IMG/VR virus record: IMGVR_UViG_3300030419_000438
Coordinates: 1-59,439 of that record
Source: a virus
Lineage: Duplodnaviria > Caudoviricetes
Length of the DNA: 59,439 nucleotides
Reading direction: 5' to 3' (one strand)
The notes beneath the pieces are model-generated. The model did no database searches, was not told where the DNA came from, and saw nothing but the letters and a program-made list of their open reading frames with translations. Positions 18,523 through 28,018 of the stretch are shown here, in pieces. Made by a program: the position numbers and the translations under genes. Position 1 is the stretch's first letter; each line of letters begins with the position of its first letter.

Positions 18523-18831
18523 CTAACTTCTAAAACCTTTTAAAGTTCCCATTGTTCCCATAAAATAAACACAAGATAGCTTACTAACACTATGAACTAC
18601 AATTAAAAATGTTTGATCTTTATCTAGATATGTTTCTATAATAGCACTTGAATTTAATATACCAGTAAAAATTTTATTTTCGTCTTTTAATGTTGGCTTT
18701 AAATCTTTACTGGAAATACAAAGAACAGGATGTCCAATATTAAATTGTGTAAAAGTTAAATCATCAAATGATTCTGCTTTAACATTAAATGATATAAAAA
18801 CTAGTAAAATAAAACTTATTAAATATTTCAT
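18523..18831 (-). CDS. Hypothetical protein with signal peptide
   Basis: MKYLISFILLVFISFNVKA signal-like N-terminus; two Cys. Confidence 0.65.
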   Translation of the reverse strand: MKYLISFILLVFISFNVKAESFDDLTFTQFNIGHPVLCISSKDLKPTLKDENKIFTGILNSSAIIETYLDKDQTFLIVVHSVSKLSCVYFMGTMGTLKGFRS

Positions 18832-19373
18832 TTTTTAGGCCAATCAAATATTGGTGGATTACCTGTAGATTTTCCATCACTATCAACAGGTGAATCAAAT
18901 AATTTTTTAAAAGCATCTAGATCAGAACATGCTTTAATTGCTGTTTCTATTTCATCACATTTTGTAATTACAGCCGCACGATAAGTTGATACATTTGAAT
19001 CAATAGCACGATTACGTTCTGCTTTAGCTATAACTTGCCAATCTGTAGGGGCTAATAAAGTGTTAGCTGTTTCTTTTGTTTTAATAATCCATTTAGATTT
19101 AAGACCAGGCTTAACATAATCCACACCATCAACTGTTGTCGTAACATCATCTATTTTTCTTGGAGTTGATTCCCAAGAACCGTTTAAATTTAGTTCACCT
19201 ACTATATAAAACTTATCATCTGGTCTTGCCTGTACACCTACTTCTTTAATACCATAAGAAGTTTTTACATCATTTGGCCATACAGATGCCCAATTACCTG
19301 GATGTTGAACACCATTACTATCAATCCAGGGCATTCCAGCTTTTAATATTTTAGAGTCATTTAATACAAACAT
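18828..19373 (-). CDS. Tail fibre assembly chaperone-like protein
   Basis: GVQHPGNW, LLAPTDWQVI...YRAAV, ends WP; lies directly after the receptor-binding gene. Confidence 0.65.
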   Translation of the reverse strand: MFVLNDSKILKAGMPWIDSNGVQHPGNWASVWPNDVKTSYGIKEVGVQARPDDKFYIVGELNLNGSWESTPRKIDDVTTTVDGVDYVKPGLKSKWIIKTKETANTLLAPTDWQVIAKAERNRAIDSNVSTYRAAVITKCDEIETAIKACSDLDAFKKLFDSPVDSDGKSTGNPPIFDWPKK

Positions 19374-19392
19374 TATTATCTCCTATCATCCT

Positions 19393-21828
19393 TTAAACTG
19401 ATAAAGAAGGACTTGTACCAGCCAAAGGATGTTTTGCCCAAGCACAATATATATAAGTTTGAGCATGATTCCAGGCACCATCATTGTACCTCATTTTAAA
19501 ATAGTTAGCTCCCAAATCTAAAGCATTGTTAGTTGTAACTTCTGCCGCTGTTGTATTAAGTTTGATATAATTATTATTTTTATTCCAACCTTCTCTTTTA
19601 TTATCAAAAGCAAACCAATCTTCAGCCTGATCAATATTTTTTAGAATTACCAAAGCAGGTTTAAAGTCTAAGAAAGTTATAGCACCATCTGCATTATTAC
19701 CGCTTGGGGTTGCAACATTATTTCCTTCATACGTTCCAAATTTTGAAAACCCTGCAATTGACCTCCATGCATAAAAAATAAAGGGACGGGAATGATAATA
19801 CTCATCATCAGGACAAGTAAACAGAGTGCTAGTAACCGTAGGAATTGATGCACCCCCTGTTCCATTTGCAGAATTAGCTTCTAAAAATATACGATTACTA
19901 TTACCACTTCTAGCACAAAAACCAGAGTGCCAGACTACCCAACTTTCGGTTTCATCTCTTGGTTTTACAACTATCCAATCTGGATCGCCTCCTAATCCGT
20001 GTGCTACTGTACATGAACCCGAACCAGGAGGTGTAAAGGTTCCTGCTGAAAATCCACTGGTAGTGTTTGCAGTTACAGAACTATCTACTGATCCATCAGT
20101 TAATGTGGAAGCACTTCCTGCACCTTTCCATATATATGCTATAATTTCATCTGGGCCAGCATTTTCATTTAACGCAGTACCTGTTCCAATTTCAAATCCA
20201 TTACCACTACCATCTGGTGTAAATTGACGAACACCATTTGAATCAGCAGTTTCTGCCGCTGTTGAGTTTGATTCTAATACTTCGTAACTATCAGCAGAGC
20301 CACGAAGTATATCAAACATACGCCAAGTATACGAACCATTATCCGTATCTTTTCCCCATACCAAATCAGGATCAAATTGTATAGAATCACCACTTGGAAT
20401 AACTGTAGTAATATCTCTTTCTGTTTCATTTCCTTGCCATAGTACAGGAACAAAATGTTTTTCTCCGTCTTCAATAGCAGGTTCTGAATTTGAGTAAAAA
20501 TTATCTGTTGTTAATTCTTTATAATCAGTAGTTGGTGTTCCACTTAATCCTTTAAAAGTAACTGTAAAATCTGCTGCTGATCCATAGGGTGCAACAAAGA
20601 AATGTAAACTATTTTGTCCTGATAAAGCAACACTATCTGACTCACCTGTAGATGCTGGAAAGACTTCTGTACCATCGTCAAATATTTTAATGGTATCAGC
20701 ATCAGCATCGTATTCAATACGCCATAGGCTTGTTCCAGCAGGAGATCCAATATCTACAATAGCAGAAGAATTTTTTACAACTTCACCTGTACCAGCATTA
20801 ATACCATACATATAGTTATTCCCTGTTCTGGCATTATGGTTTCCCATTTGACATATACCTACAAATCCATATTTACTTGAACCATCAATATTTGAAGATT
20901 GAGCTTCAAATGTCCACTTACCAGAACTAGGAAGTGCAAGAGTAGAAATTGCCCATTGATAGGAATCTCCAGTTGCAGCAACTTTTAAATTACCATTTGA
21001 TAATGTAGCGTCCGTCCATAGTGGTGAAAGTACGGCTGAGTTATTTGTACATGTATCAGTAGATTGCGTTGCGGAATTGTTATTTGTGAAATCGTTGTCA
21101 TTGCCGCTGGCATCATCACCAAGATCGCTACCAGATGCAGCGAAGTCTAGGTAGTATCCATTTGTGCCAAATGTGAGGCCAGAGACTGACACGGGACGCC
21201 AAACGCCATTACTGTCTGTTTCTCCATAATCAGTAATTGCTGAAAAAGATTGTCCATCTTGATAAACAAACTCCGCAACATACCCATCAAAGAAATTATC
21301 ATCTCCTCTATCACCAATTGTGAAATTAAAATTATTGTCTCCGTTTACATTATTCCCCCACTCGAACTCAGTATTCTGAGACGGATAGGTGGGTGAGCCA
21401 GAGAGTGTCGCTACTTCTCCATTGACATAAATTTTTATATTGCTTGCGCCGGGGGTAGATGGGGTTGTGTCGTAGACAAATACAATGTGATACCAAGAAT
21501 GGGGATCTCTAAACACCGCTGACGTTGTAAGAGCTAGAACAGTAGAAGACGCATTTTGAGCCTGTACGACGATTGCATCAGATGAAAAACTCAAGCCAAG
21601 AAAGTTGTTACCGCCGCTAGTTCTGAAAGCACCCCAGACCGAACCGTCTGAAAGATTAGCTCGTTTTACCCAACAGGAAATGATTCCCTTTTTGCGATTG
21701 CTATCTGAGGACGGCGTTAATCCTAAAAATTCACTATCATCGTCGTTAAATCTGGCACTGTTATCAACTTCAAAACCACTAGACTTAGTACTTTCACCAG
21801 CCGCACCCATTAACATATTATTAAACAT
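19393..21828 (-). CDS. Receptor-binding protein with ConA/LamG-like and SPRY-like domains
   Basis: ISCWVKR, FRDPHSWYHIV, FGTNGYYLDF, LSNGNL, SSGKWTFE, HGLGGDPDWIVVK, GFSKFGTYEGN. Confidence 0.75.
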   Translation of the reverse strand: MFNNMLMGAAGESTKSSGFEVDNSARFNDDDSEFLGLTPSSDSNRKKGIISCWVKRANLSDGSVWGAFRTSGGNNFLGLSFSSDAIVVQAQNASSTVLALTTSAVFRDPHSWYHIVFVYDTTPSTPGASNIKIYVNGEVATLSGSPTYPSQNTEFEWGNNVNGDNNFNFTIGDRGDDNFFDGYVAEFVYQDGQSFSAITDYGETDSNGVWRPVSVSGLTFGTNGYYLDFAASGSDLGDDASGNDNDFTNNNSATQSTDTCTNNSAVLSPLWTDATLSNGNLKVAATGDSYQWAISTLALPSSGKWTFEAQSSNIDGSSKYGFVGICQMGNHNARTGNNYMYGINAGTGEVVKNSSAIVDIGSPAGTSLWRIEYDADADTIKIFDDGTEVFPASTGESDSVALSGQNSLHFFVAPYGSAADFTVTFKGLSGTPTTDYKELTTDNFYSNSEPAIEDGEKHFVPVLWQGNETERDITTVIPSGDSIQFDPDLVWGKDTDNGSYTWRMFDILRGSADSYEVLESNSTAAETADSNGVRQFTPDGSGNGFEIGTGTALNENAGPDEIIAYIWKGAGSASTLTDGSVDSSVTANTTSGFSAGTFTPPGSGSCTVAHGLGGDPDWIVVKPRDETESWVVWHSGFCARSGNSNRIFLEANSANGTGGASIPTVTSTLFTCPDDEYYHSRPFIFYAWRSIAGFSKFGTYEGNNVATPSGNNADGAITFLDFKPALVILKNIDQAEDWFAFDNKREGWNKNNNYIKLNTTAAEVTTNNALDLGANYFKMRYNDGAWNHAQTYIYCAWAKHPLAGTSPSLSV

Positions 21829-24398
21829 TAAGCATACTCCTGTGTCATAATAGCGTGTATATTCTCACCCGTATTATCACTTGATATTGAAGCTACGATA
21901 TAATCTATTCTACTTACCGCCCCATTAGAAGTAGCAAATGTTGGTGCTGTTCCACCAGGAAACTTAAAGCAACCATTATAAGATAAAGCACCTGATCCAC
22001 CAGACTGTACAAGGAAGATACTTCCAACCTGCCCTACTCTGGCATTAGTAGGTCTTGCCAATGTATGTGATGCTGTTACTGTTGTCAAGAAGTTTTGTGC
22101 TATACCAAAGTTAAGTGATACAGAAGTTACACCATTAATAGCTGTTGTATGTACTGCCGCTGCTGCTGACTCAGTTAATTGTAATTGTCCTTCAAGAGAA
22201 GTATTACCTGATACTCGTACCGTACCTAAGAAACCAGAATTGCCAGTAGCTGTTACAGTATCATTAGCAATTAAAGGTTTATGCGCTGTAATATCTGTAT
22301 CTCCACCATCTAAAATATCTGTTCCATCTTCTTCTGTAAATTTAAAAATTGGTTGTCCATCTTCATCATCTAGTCTAAGTACCACATTACTAGCATTACC
22401 ATCCATACAAAATTCTAATGATCCATCTGTACTTGTCTGAACCAGACTACCTTGGCCTACAGAAGTTGAAAGAAATAATTGACCATTTTTGCCCCCTGCT
22501 CCTCCATTACTTGAACCTCCTACCCGAAAAACATTACCTACCCAACCATCATCTACAACATATAAATCACTATTTGTCATAATGTAACTAGCGACTGATA
22601 GACTACCATTAAATGTAGCACTTCCTTCTACAGTAACATGACCTCCTATAACAATATTACCACCAATAGAAGCATTACTAGCTATCGTAACTGTAGATGC
22701 AAAATTTGCTGCACCACCTACTGATAGTGTAGAAGCAAGAGAAACTGCTCCTCCTACTGTAACTGTACCCCCAAAAGCACTATTACCACTTACTGATACG
22801 TCATCTTCAAATTCAGCTTTACCTGTTGTTATAAGCGTACCACCAATAGATACATTACTAACTATTGTAACCGTAGAAGCAAAGTTAGCTGCACCGCCCA
22901 CTGACAATGTTGATGCTAGACTTGCTGCTCCAGCTACAGTAACAGTCCCACCAAGATTAGTATTACCAGAAACAGATACATTTGTTTTAAATGTACCATC
23001 ACCTGACACAGTTACTGTGCTATTAAATATAGCAGCACCTACAACTGTTGCTGTTCCACCTACATGTAGATTACCGCCAACTGTAGCATTATTAACAGAG
23101 ATATTACCTTCAATAGATACTGTAATACCTGTTAAGTTAGACCCATCACCATAGAAAGCAGATGCACATACCTTTGCATTAGCAGCTTGTACATTAGCTC
23201 CACCAATAGTAACTGTTCCACCAATAGATACATTACTTGCAATAGTAACTGTAGAAGCAAAATTAGCTGCTCCCCCTACTGCTAATGTAGAAGCTAATGA
23301 TGTAGCCCCAGCAACTGTTACTGTACCACCAAGATTTGTATTACCACTTACTGATACATCATCTTTAAATGTACCTGCACCTACTATTGTTACTGTATTA
23401 TTAAGCTGTGCAGCCCCTGTAATAGTAACTGTACCTCCTACAGATACATTAGTAGCTACATCAAGATCACCAGAAACAGAAACATCTCCTTCAAATATAG
23501 CCTTACCTACCACAGTTACTGTAGATTTAAGTAGAGTAGCACCTGATACAGAGAAGCTTCCTCCTACTTCTAAATTTCCTGCTATCTTACCACTTGTAAT
23601 TATAGAAGAAGATATATTGGTTAGATTAGAACCATCACCATGAAAATACGAAGCAGTTACATTTCCATTTACATTTATATTACCGCTTACTGATACATCA
23701 CTGTTAAATATAGCACTTGCTATTGTTGCAGTACCAGCAACATTTAAATTTCCTCCTACACATACATTTCCTAGTACATCTAAATTTTTACTAACAGATA
23801 CATCATTTTTAAATTCTGTCTTAGCAGCAAACGTACCTACACCAGCAACAGAGAATGTGCCACCTACACTTACATTATTTTTAAGTACTGCTGCTCCTGA
23901 TACTGTAACAGTGCTTCCAAAAGTTGCAGCACCGCCTACTGATACAGTATCTTGAAGATGGGTTGCACCTGATACAGTTACTGTAGAACCAAACTGTGCG
24001 GCTCCTCCTACTGATACAGCAGCCTGAAGATGGGCTGCACCAACTATTGTAGCTGTGCTAGATACCTGAAGAGTACCACCAACTACAGCGTTACTCACTG
24101 AGATATTACCAGCTACTGCTGCTGTTACTCCTGAGATATTAGAACCATCTCCGTAAAAAGCAGAAGCACATACTTTTTGATCTGTATGTATATTTCTAGT
24201 AGCCGAAACTTCACCAGCCACATTTAAAGTATCATTTACCTTAACAACACTGGATGCAACTTCCAGCGCACTCTTAGAACCATCTCCAGTTTGTATTGGT
24301 TTAAGAGATGCTTCTATTCCAGTATTTGAAACAGCACTACTTACAAGAATAAGATTCTTATACGTGCGTGATATTAGTTTTCCAGTTAAATCTGTCAT
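21828..24398 (-). CDS. Long tail fibre with beta-helix repeats
   Basis: Many VSVGG/VTVSG hexapeptides, three GDGSN motifs, and a C-terminal adaptor domain. ATGA overlap supports start 24398. Confidence 0.8.
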   Translation of the reverse strand: MTDLTGKLISRTYKNLILVSSAVSNTGIEASLKPIQTGDGSKSALEVASSVVKVNDTLNVAGEVSATRNIHTDQKVCASAFYGDGSNISGVTAAVAGNISVSNAVVGGTLQVSSTATIVGAAHLQAAVSVGGAAQFGSTVTVSGATHLQDTVSVGGAATFGSTVTVSGAAVLKNNVSVGGTFSVAGVGTFAAKTEFKNDVSVSKNLDVLGNVCVGGNLNVAGTATIASAIFNSDVSVSGNINVNGNVTASYFHGDGSNLTNISSSIITSGKIAGNLEVGGSFSVSGATLLKSTVTVVGKAIFEGDVSVSGDLDVATNVSVGGTVTITGAAQLNNTVTIVGAGTFKDDVSVSGNTNLGGTVTVAGATSLASTLAVGGAANFASTVTIASNVSIGGTVTIGGANVQAANAKVCASAFYGDGSNLTGITVSIEGNISVNNATVGGNLHVGGTATVVGAAIFNSTVTVSGDGTFKTNVSVSGNTNLGGTVTVAGAASLASTLSVGGAANFASTVTIVSNVSIGGTLITTGKAEFEDDVSVSGNSAFGGTVTVGGAVSLASTLSVGGAANFASTVTIASNASIGGNIVIGGHVTVEGSATFNGSLSVASYIMTNSDLYVVDDGWVGNVFRVGGSSNGGAGGKNGQLFLSTSVGQGSLVQTSTDGSLEFCMDGNASNVVLRLDDEDGQPIFKFTEEDGTDILDGGDTDITAHKPLIANDTVTATGNSGFLGTVRVSGNTSLEGQLQLTESAAAAVHTTAINGVTSVSLNFGIAQNFLTTVTASHTLARPTNARVGQVGSIFLVQSGGSGALSYNGCFKFPGGTAPTFATSNGAVSRIDYIVASISSDNTGENIHAIMTQEYA

Positions 24399-24670
24399 AT
24401 CAATTGCCAATACTCATCTGTTAAATTATAAGCAGTTCCTGCTTGATCCCATGTTAGATTACGTCCACCTGTATCTGGTCTTGGATTAAGAATAGCTGGA
24501 TCATCTTTTACATTTGCTACTCTGTTCTGAGGATGGTTTTTTAAATCATACTGTCCTTCAAAATCTTGTGGGCATACTAACATGCCGTAACTATTTAGTC
24601 TCATTACCCTATGAGGATAAACAAAACCACATTCATCGCATACGGCTAATGCATTCTTTTGCGTAGCCAT
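24395..24670 (-). CDS. Small Zn-binding virion-module protein
   Basis: CDECGF...VCPQDFE...HPQ. Confidence 0.7.
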   Translation of the reverse strand: MATQKNALAVCDECGFVYPHRVMRLNSYGMLVCPQDFEGQYDLKNHPQNRVANVKDDPAILNPRPDTGGRNLTWDQAGTAYNLTDEYWQLI

Positions 24671-25347
24671 TAATTATAAAATGTTAATCTAGGTAGTATA
24701 TAGATGCTAGAAGTTTCTCTGTCTTCCAACAATGCCCTATTTAACATTTCCTCATAATTAGTTTTTAGTAATGCAATTCTATCTGCTTGAACAAGAGGAC
24801 GTTTTAATGACATATAATATGCCAGTCCCATTGTAAAACACGGCAGAAACCTTTTAGGTAGGTCTGCATTTTGAATAGCAGATTTATTTACATCTTGTAA
24901 TTCTTTAACAATTTCTAACTTAATAACATCTGTAGAGTTTTCTGGTAGAGGCCATACAGAAAGAACAGGATTATCTCTACCCCGTCTAATAGAATATTGA
25001 TTTGGTTTGCCTGTCTGCGTCTTATTAGGAATAAGCATAAACTCTTCAGGTGTTATCCTGGTTAGTTTTACATCTGTATTATCTCTACTAATAACAACCT
25101 CAAGAGCATTAATTGTGCTGCTCTCAAGACTATAAGATGTTGTAGAAGCTACGACTGTAACTGCTGTAGTACTGGTAGACCAGAGAAGAACACCCCTGTT
25201 CTGCCAGTCTTTAAGCATAAGATTAATAGAACGACGAGCAGACTCAGGCTCATGACCTAGTGTGCTTTCGCCGCCAATCATTTCAGAAGCTTCCTGTATA
25301 ACCTGATCTATGTCGAGGTTAAAATCATATGTACCTGATACTGCCAT
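24670..25347 (-). CDS. Head-tail adaptor / tail tubular protein
   Basis: ARRSINLMLKDWQNRG, IPNKTQTGKP, WPLPE, PKRFLPC..GLAYY. Confidence 0.7.
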   Translation of the reverse strand: MAVSGTYDFNLDIDQVIQEASEMIGGESTLGHEPESARRSINLMLKDWQNRGVLLWSTSTTAVTVVASTTSYSLESSTINALEVVISRDNTDVKLTRITPEEFMLIPNKTQTGKPNQYSIRRGRDNPVLSVWPLPENSTDVIKLEIVKELQDVNKSAIQNADLPKRFLPCFTMGLAYYMSLKRPLVQADRIALLKTNYEEMLNRALLEDRETSSIYILPRLTFYN

Positions 25348-25469
25348 TATTCCATATCCACTGTAGCTTCACCCCATGAAGAATGCTCACAAGAGTCACA
25401 ACCACATTCACAATTTTTTTCATTGCAATGACAACAGCAATCACATTTATCACATTTTAATACATACAT
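25347..25469 (-). CDS. 40-aa Cys-rich microprotein (not in ORF track)
   Basis: MYVLKCDKCDCCCHCNEKNCECGCDSCEHSSWGEATVDME; TAATG-coupled at both ends. Confidence 0.7.
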   Translation of the reverse strand: MYVLKCDKCDCCCHCNEKNCECGCDSCEHSSWGEATVDME

Positions 25470-25870
25470 TATGTTCTGTACCTTTTTGTTTTTCGTGCAA
25501 TCTTTTTAGGTTGCTTTACAAACTGTTTTCCAGCAGCAGTCCCCTTACGCTTTGCTCTTGTAGTCGCTGCATACTCTTTTGAAGTTAAGCTCTTGATTGC
25601 TTTCTCTGGAAGATATCTCTCCCCTGTCTTGCTTGATGGTTTCCCTGACTTGGTTCTCCATTTCTGCTTACTCCATTTAGAAAGTTTATTAGTCTTTTTC
25701 TTTTTGCCTTTATAAGTTCCACCAGCATCCTTGTAATACTTAACAGCAAGCTGCATTGCTCTGGCAGAATGTTTACCACCCATCTTAGCTTTAGCTCTGG
25801 CTTTTGCTGCCGCCCACTTCTTAGGATCACGCTTAGTGGCTGTGCCGCTTTTCTTACGCTTTATTGCCAT
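25469..25870 (-). CDS. Highly basic protein
   Basis: HSARAMQL..KYYKDAGGTY, KWSKQKWRTKSGK, GERYLP. Confidence 0.8.
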   Translation of the reverse strand: MAIKRKKSGTATKRDPKKWAAAKARAKAKMGGKHSARAMQLAVKYYKDAGGTYKGKKKKTNKLSKWSKQKWRTKSGKPSSKTGERYLPEKAIKSLTSKEYAATTRAKRKGTAAGKQFVKQPKKIARKTKRYRT

Positions 25871-25875
25871 TCATT

Positions 25876-26037
25876 CTATCCCCAATCAGGCAGTATACAT
25901 GTAAAACATCTACAATTTTTACAAATTTCTATTGGACCGTTCTCATTATCAACTTCTTTTGTTAAGGGAGTTCCACAATGAGAATCATGTCCACAGTTAC
26001 CACATTTATTTTTTGGAGGCTTTTGCTTTCCCACCAT
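25876..26037 (-). CDS. Cys/His-rich microprotein
   Basis: CGNCGHDSHC...CKNCRCFTC...WG. Start uncertain. Confidence 0.6.
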   Translation of the reverse strand: MVGKQKPPKNKCGNCGHDSHCGTPLTKEVDNENGPIEICKNCRCFTCILPDWG

Positions 26038-26191
26038 AACGTCTCGCATGTACTTTTTGAATTTCAAAACTAGCTTTTCTGGAAGCACCTTTATGTGGCT
26101 TATAACCACCAGCCGGATTTTTCATTAGCTTAAATGTTGATCCTGACTTCATCCAATGAAATCCTTTAGGAGCATCTACTGCTTTTTTCAT
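26006..26191 (-). CDS. Small basic protein
   Basis: APKGFHWMK, YKPHKGA; TAATG coupling at 26191. Confidence 0.7.
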   Translation of the reverse strand: MKKAVDAPKGFHWMKSGSTFKLMKNPAGGYKPHKGASRKASFEIQKVHARRYGGKAKASKK

Positions 26192-26478
26192 TAACATCTC
26201 CATCTTTTTCTAGCTTGCCTTAATCTACTATTTGGATTTTTGGCAGCTTTTGGAAACTTCTTCATTTGTCCAGCAGACCTAGCACAGTAACTCTTACGCC
26301 TAGCTGCCCTAGCCTTACTAGGTTTCTTTTCTGTTACAGCCGTCTTGAGTTTTGAACCAGGGTTCTGTCTCCTATATTTAGCAACTCCTTTAGCAGTCAT
26401 ACCAGCACCAGACTTAGTAGGACGTTTCATGCCCCTACCAATCGTAATGCCTTTCATGTTGCTTTTTTTTCTAGCCAT
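26191..26478 (-). CDS. Small basic protein
   Basis: GMTAKGVAKYRRQNPGSKLK, RRKSYCARSAGQ, SRLRQARKRWRC. Confidence 0.8.
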   Translation of the reverse strand: MARKKSNMKGITIGRGMKRPTKSGAGMTAKGVAKYRRQNPGSKLKTAVTEKKPSKARAARRKSYCARSAGQMKKFPKAAKNPNSRLRQARKRWRC

Positions 26479-26774
26479 TACTTATCATAACAAGAAGCTA
26501 CAAGCTCATTACCACTCATTACTTTACCACCTTTTGATCGGGGTAGTTCTTCAAAACCTCTATCAGTTAATGCTGTTTTAGGTACTCCAGGTGGAGTCCA
26601 TCCTGGTCCCATATTTTTAATATCTTCTATTATTTGTTTCCTTGTTTTTTTTGCTTTACGATCAATAACCTTATCAATAATTTCTTGGGTTCTTGGTTTT
26701 ACTTTTCCAAATTTTTTCTTAGCGTGAGTCGCCATTAAACGACGACTTGATTTTTCTTTACTTCGACCAGCCAT
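26478..26774 (-). CDS. Basic protein with C-terminal LVASCYD tag
   Basis: 98 aa, RBS present, ends GGKVMSGNELVASCYDK. Confidence 0.7.
   Translation of the reverse strand: MAGRSKEKSSRRLMATHAKKKFGKVKPRTQEIIDKVIDRKAKKTRKQIIEDIKNMGPGWTPPGVPKTALTDRGFEELPRSKGGKVMSGNELVASCYDK
26484..26528. repeat. 45-bp direct repeat (copy at 27737-27781) encoding the shared C-terminal tag
   Basis: 44/45 identical by inspection. Confidence 0.9.
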
Positions 26775-26791
26775 TTTATTTCTCCCTTTAA

Positions 26792-27652
26792 TTAGTCATA
26801 CAAAGAAGCTACAAGTTGTGAACCACGCATTACTTTGCTGCCACCTTTACGATAAACTACTTTACTACCACCTTTGCGTTTTACTTTAGGCATCTGCATA
26901 CCAGCCATTTCTTTTTTGGTTATATCTTGATACACAGACTTACGTGGAGAAACTATTCCACTAAGACTAATTTTTTGTCCAGGTTTAATCCTATTAGCTT
27001 TAGCTCTACCAGCAGCATCTTTACCTTTAAACTTAGGATTAGCATCTAAAAGTTTTCCTAGTGTCGTACCATATTTTTTTGCAATCTGTGAAAGAGTATC
27101 TCCAGACTTAATCGTATATGATTTATCACCACCTGACATACCAGCAAGAGTGCCAGCAGCCGCAGCAGCACCAGCAGCCACCCGTGCGCCTTTAGCTATA
27201 GCTTGATCTTTTTTAGATACTCCTGTAAGTTTTCCAGTTTTTTTATTACGTAATGCTACACCACTGCGACGACCTTTTTCTCCTTGTCCTATAGCAACCC
27301 TAGCAATTTTTTCTGGTCGAGACATAGGTTTAGTCTTAGGTTTAGGTTTAGCTGCTGCACTTAGTTGAGAACCTCTAGGAGTTGTTTCTTTTTGTGCTGC
27401 TTTTACAGCCGCTGTAAGTTTCTTTTGAACTTTACTCTTAGGAACAGGAGCAGCCCTACCACCCTTTGTTATAGTATGTGGCACAAGTTTTTGAGCATCT
27501 TGTTGAGTTACTCGTCCTATATTTGGACCTGCGTTTTTTACGGCTCTTGTAGATGCTTTGTTAAATCCGTGCTTCATAAGAAATTTAGCAACTTGAGGTG
27601 CAGCCATACGAATACCTGCTCCTATTACTATTGGGATTAAGGGTAGTGCCAT
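26792..27652 (-). CDS. Basic LysM-domain protein
   Basis: YTIKSGDTLSQIAKKYGTT...NRIKPGQKI; ends KVMRGSQLVASLYD. Confidence 0.85.
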   Translation of the reverse strand: MALPLIPIVIGAGIRMAAPQVAKFLMKHGFNKASTRAVKNAGPNIGRVTQQDAQKLVPHTITKGGRAAPVPKSKVQKKLTAAVKAAQKETTPRGSQLSAAAKPKPKTKPMSRPEKIARVAIGQGEKGRRSGVALRNKKTGKLTGVSKKDQAIAKGARVAAGAAAAAGTLAGMSGGDKSYTIKSGDTLSQIAKKYGTTLGKLLDANPKFKGKDAAGRAKANRIKPGQKISLSGIVSPRKSVYQDITKKEMAGMQMPKVKRKGGSKVVYRKGGSKVMRGSQLVASLYD

Positions 27653-27654
27653 AA

Positions 27655-27741
27655 CTATTTCCTTCCTTTTTTCTTTTTCCTTGGTTTCTTTTTCTTTGGT
27701 GGTTTACTAACTTGTTGTTGGACGCTTGCTCTACTAATCAT
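27655..27741 (-). CDS. 28-aa Lys-rich peptide (not in ORF track)
   Basis: MISRASVQQQVSKPPKKKKPRKKKKEGK; fills the gap between its neighbours exactly. Confidence 0.55.
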   Translation of the reverse strand: MISRASVQQQVSKPPKKKKPRKKKKGRK

Positions 27742-28018
27742 AACAAGAAGCTACAAGATCATTACCACTCATTACTTTACCTACTTTACCGTTATGTTTA
27801 CGATAAACTACTTTACCACCACCAGCCTTACTTTCTTCGGTACGACCAGAAAGAATACCTTTAGCTTCTTCAATACTTGCTTTACTTGGCTTAGATGGAA
27901 TAGGAATTTTTTGCCCATCCTTTGTAAATACAAAAGGAATTTTAGCTTTATTTTTAGCATTTTTTAAAAGTGCTTTTGAATATTCTTTATCTATTGCTAT
28001 TGTATCTTCAATATTCAT
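27734..28018 (-). CDS. Basic protein with C-terminal LVASCYD tag
   Basis: Ends GKVMSGNDLVASCYD; TAATG-coupled. Confidence 0.7.
   Translation of the reverse strand: MNIEDTIAIDKEYSKALLKNAKNKAKIPFVFTKDGQKIPIPSKPSKASIEEAKGILSGRTEESKAGGGKVVYRKHNGKVGKVMSGNDLVASCYD

Noticed and set aside
26484-27781. Repeat pairs as DGR template/variable regions
   Set aside because: No reverse transcriptase is present, and single mismatches give no adenine-specific mutation pattern.
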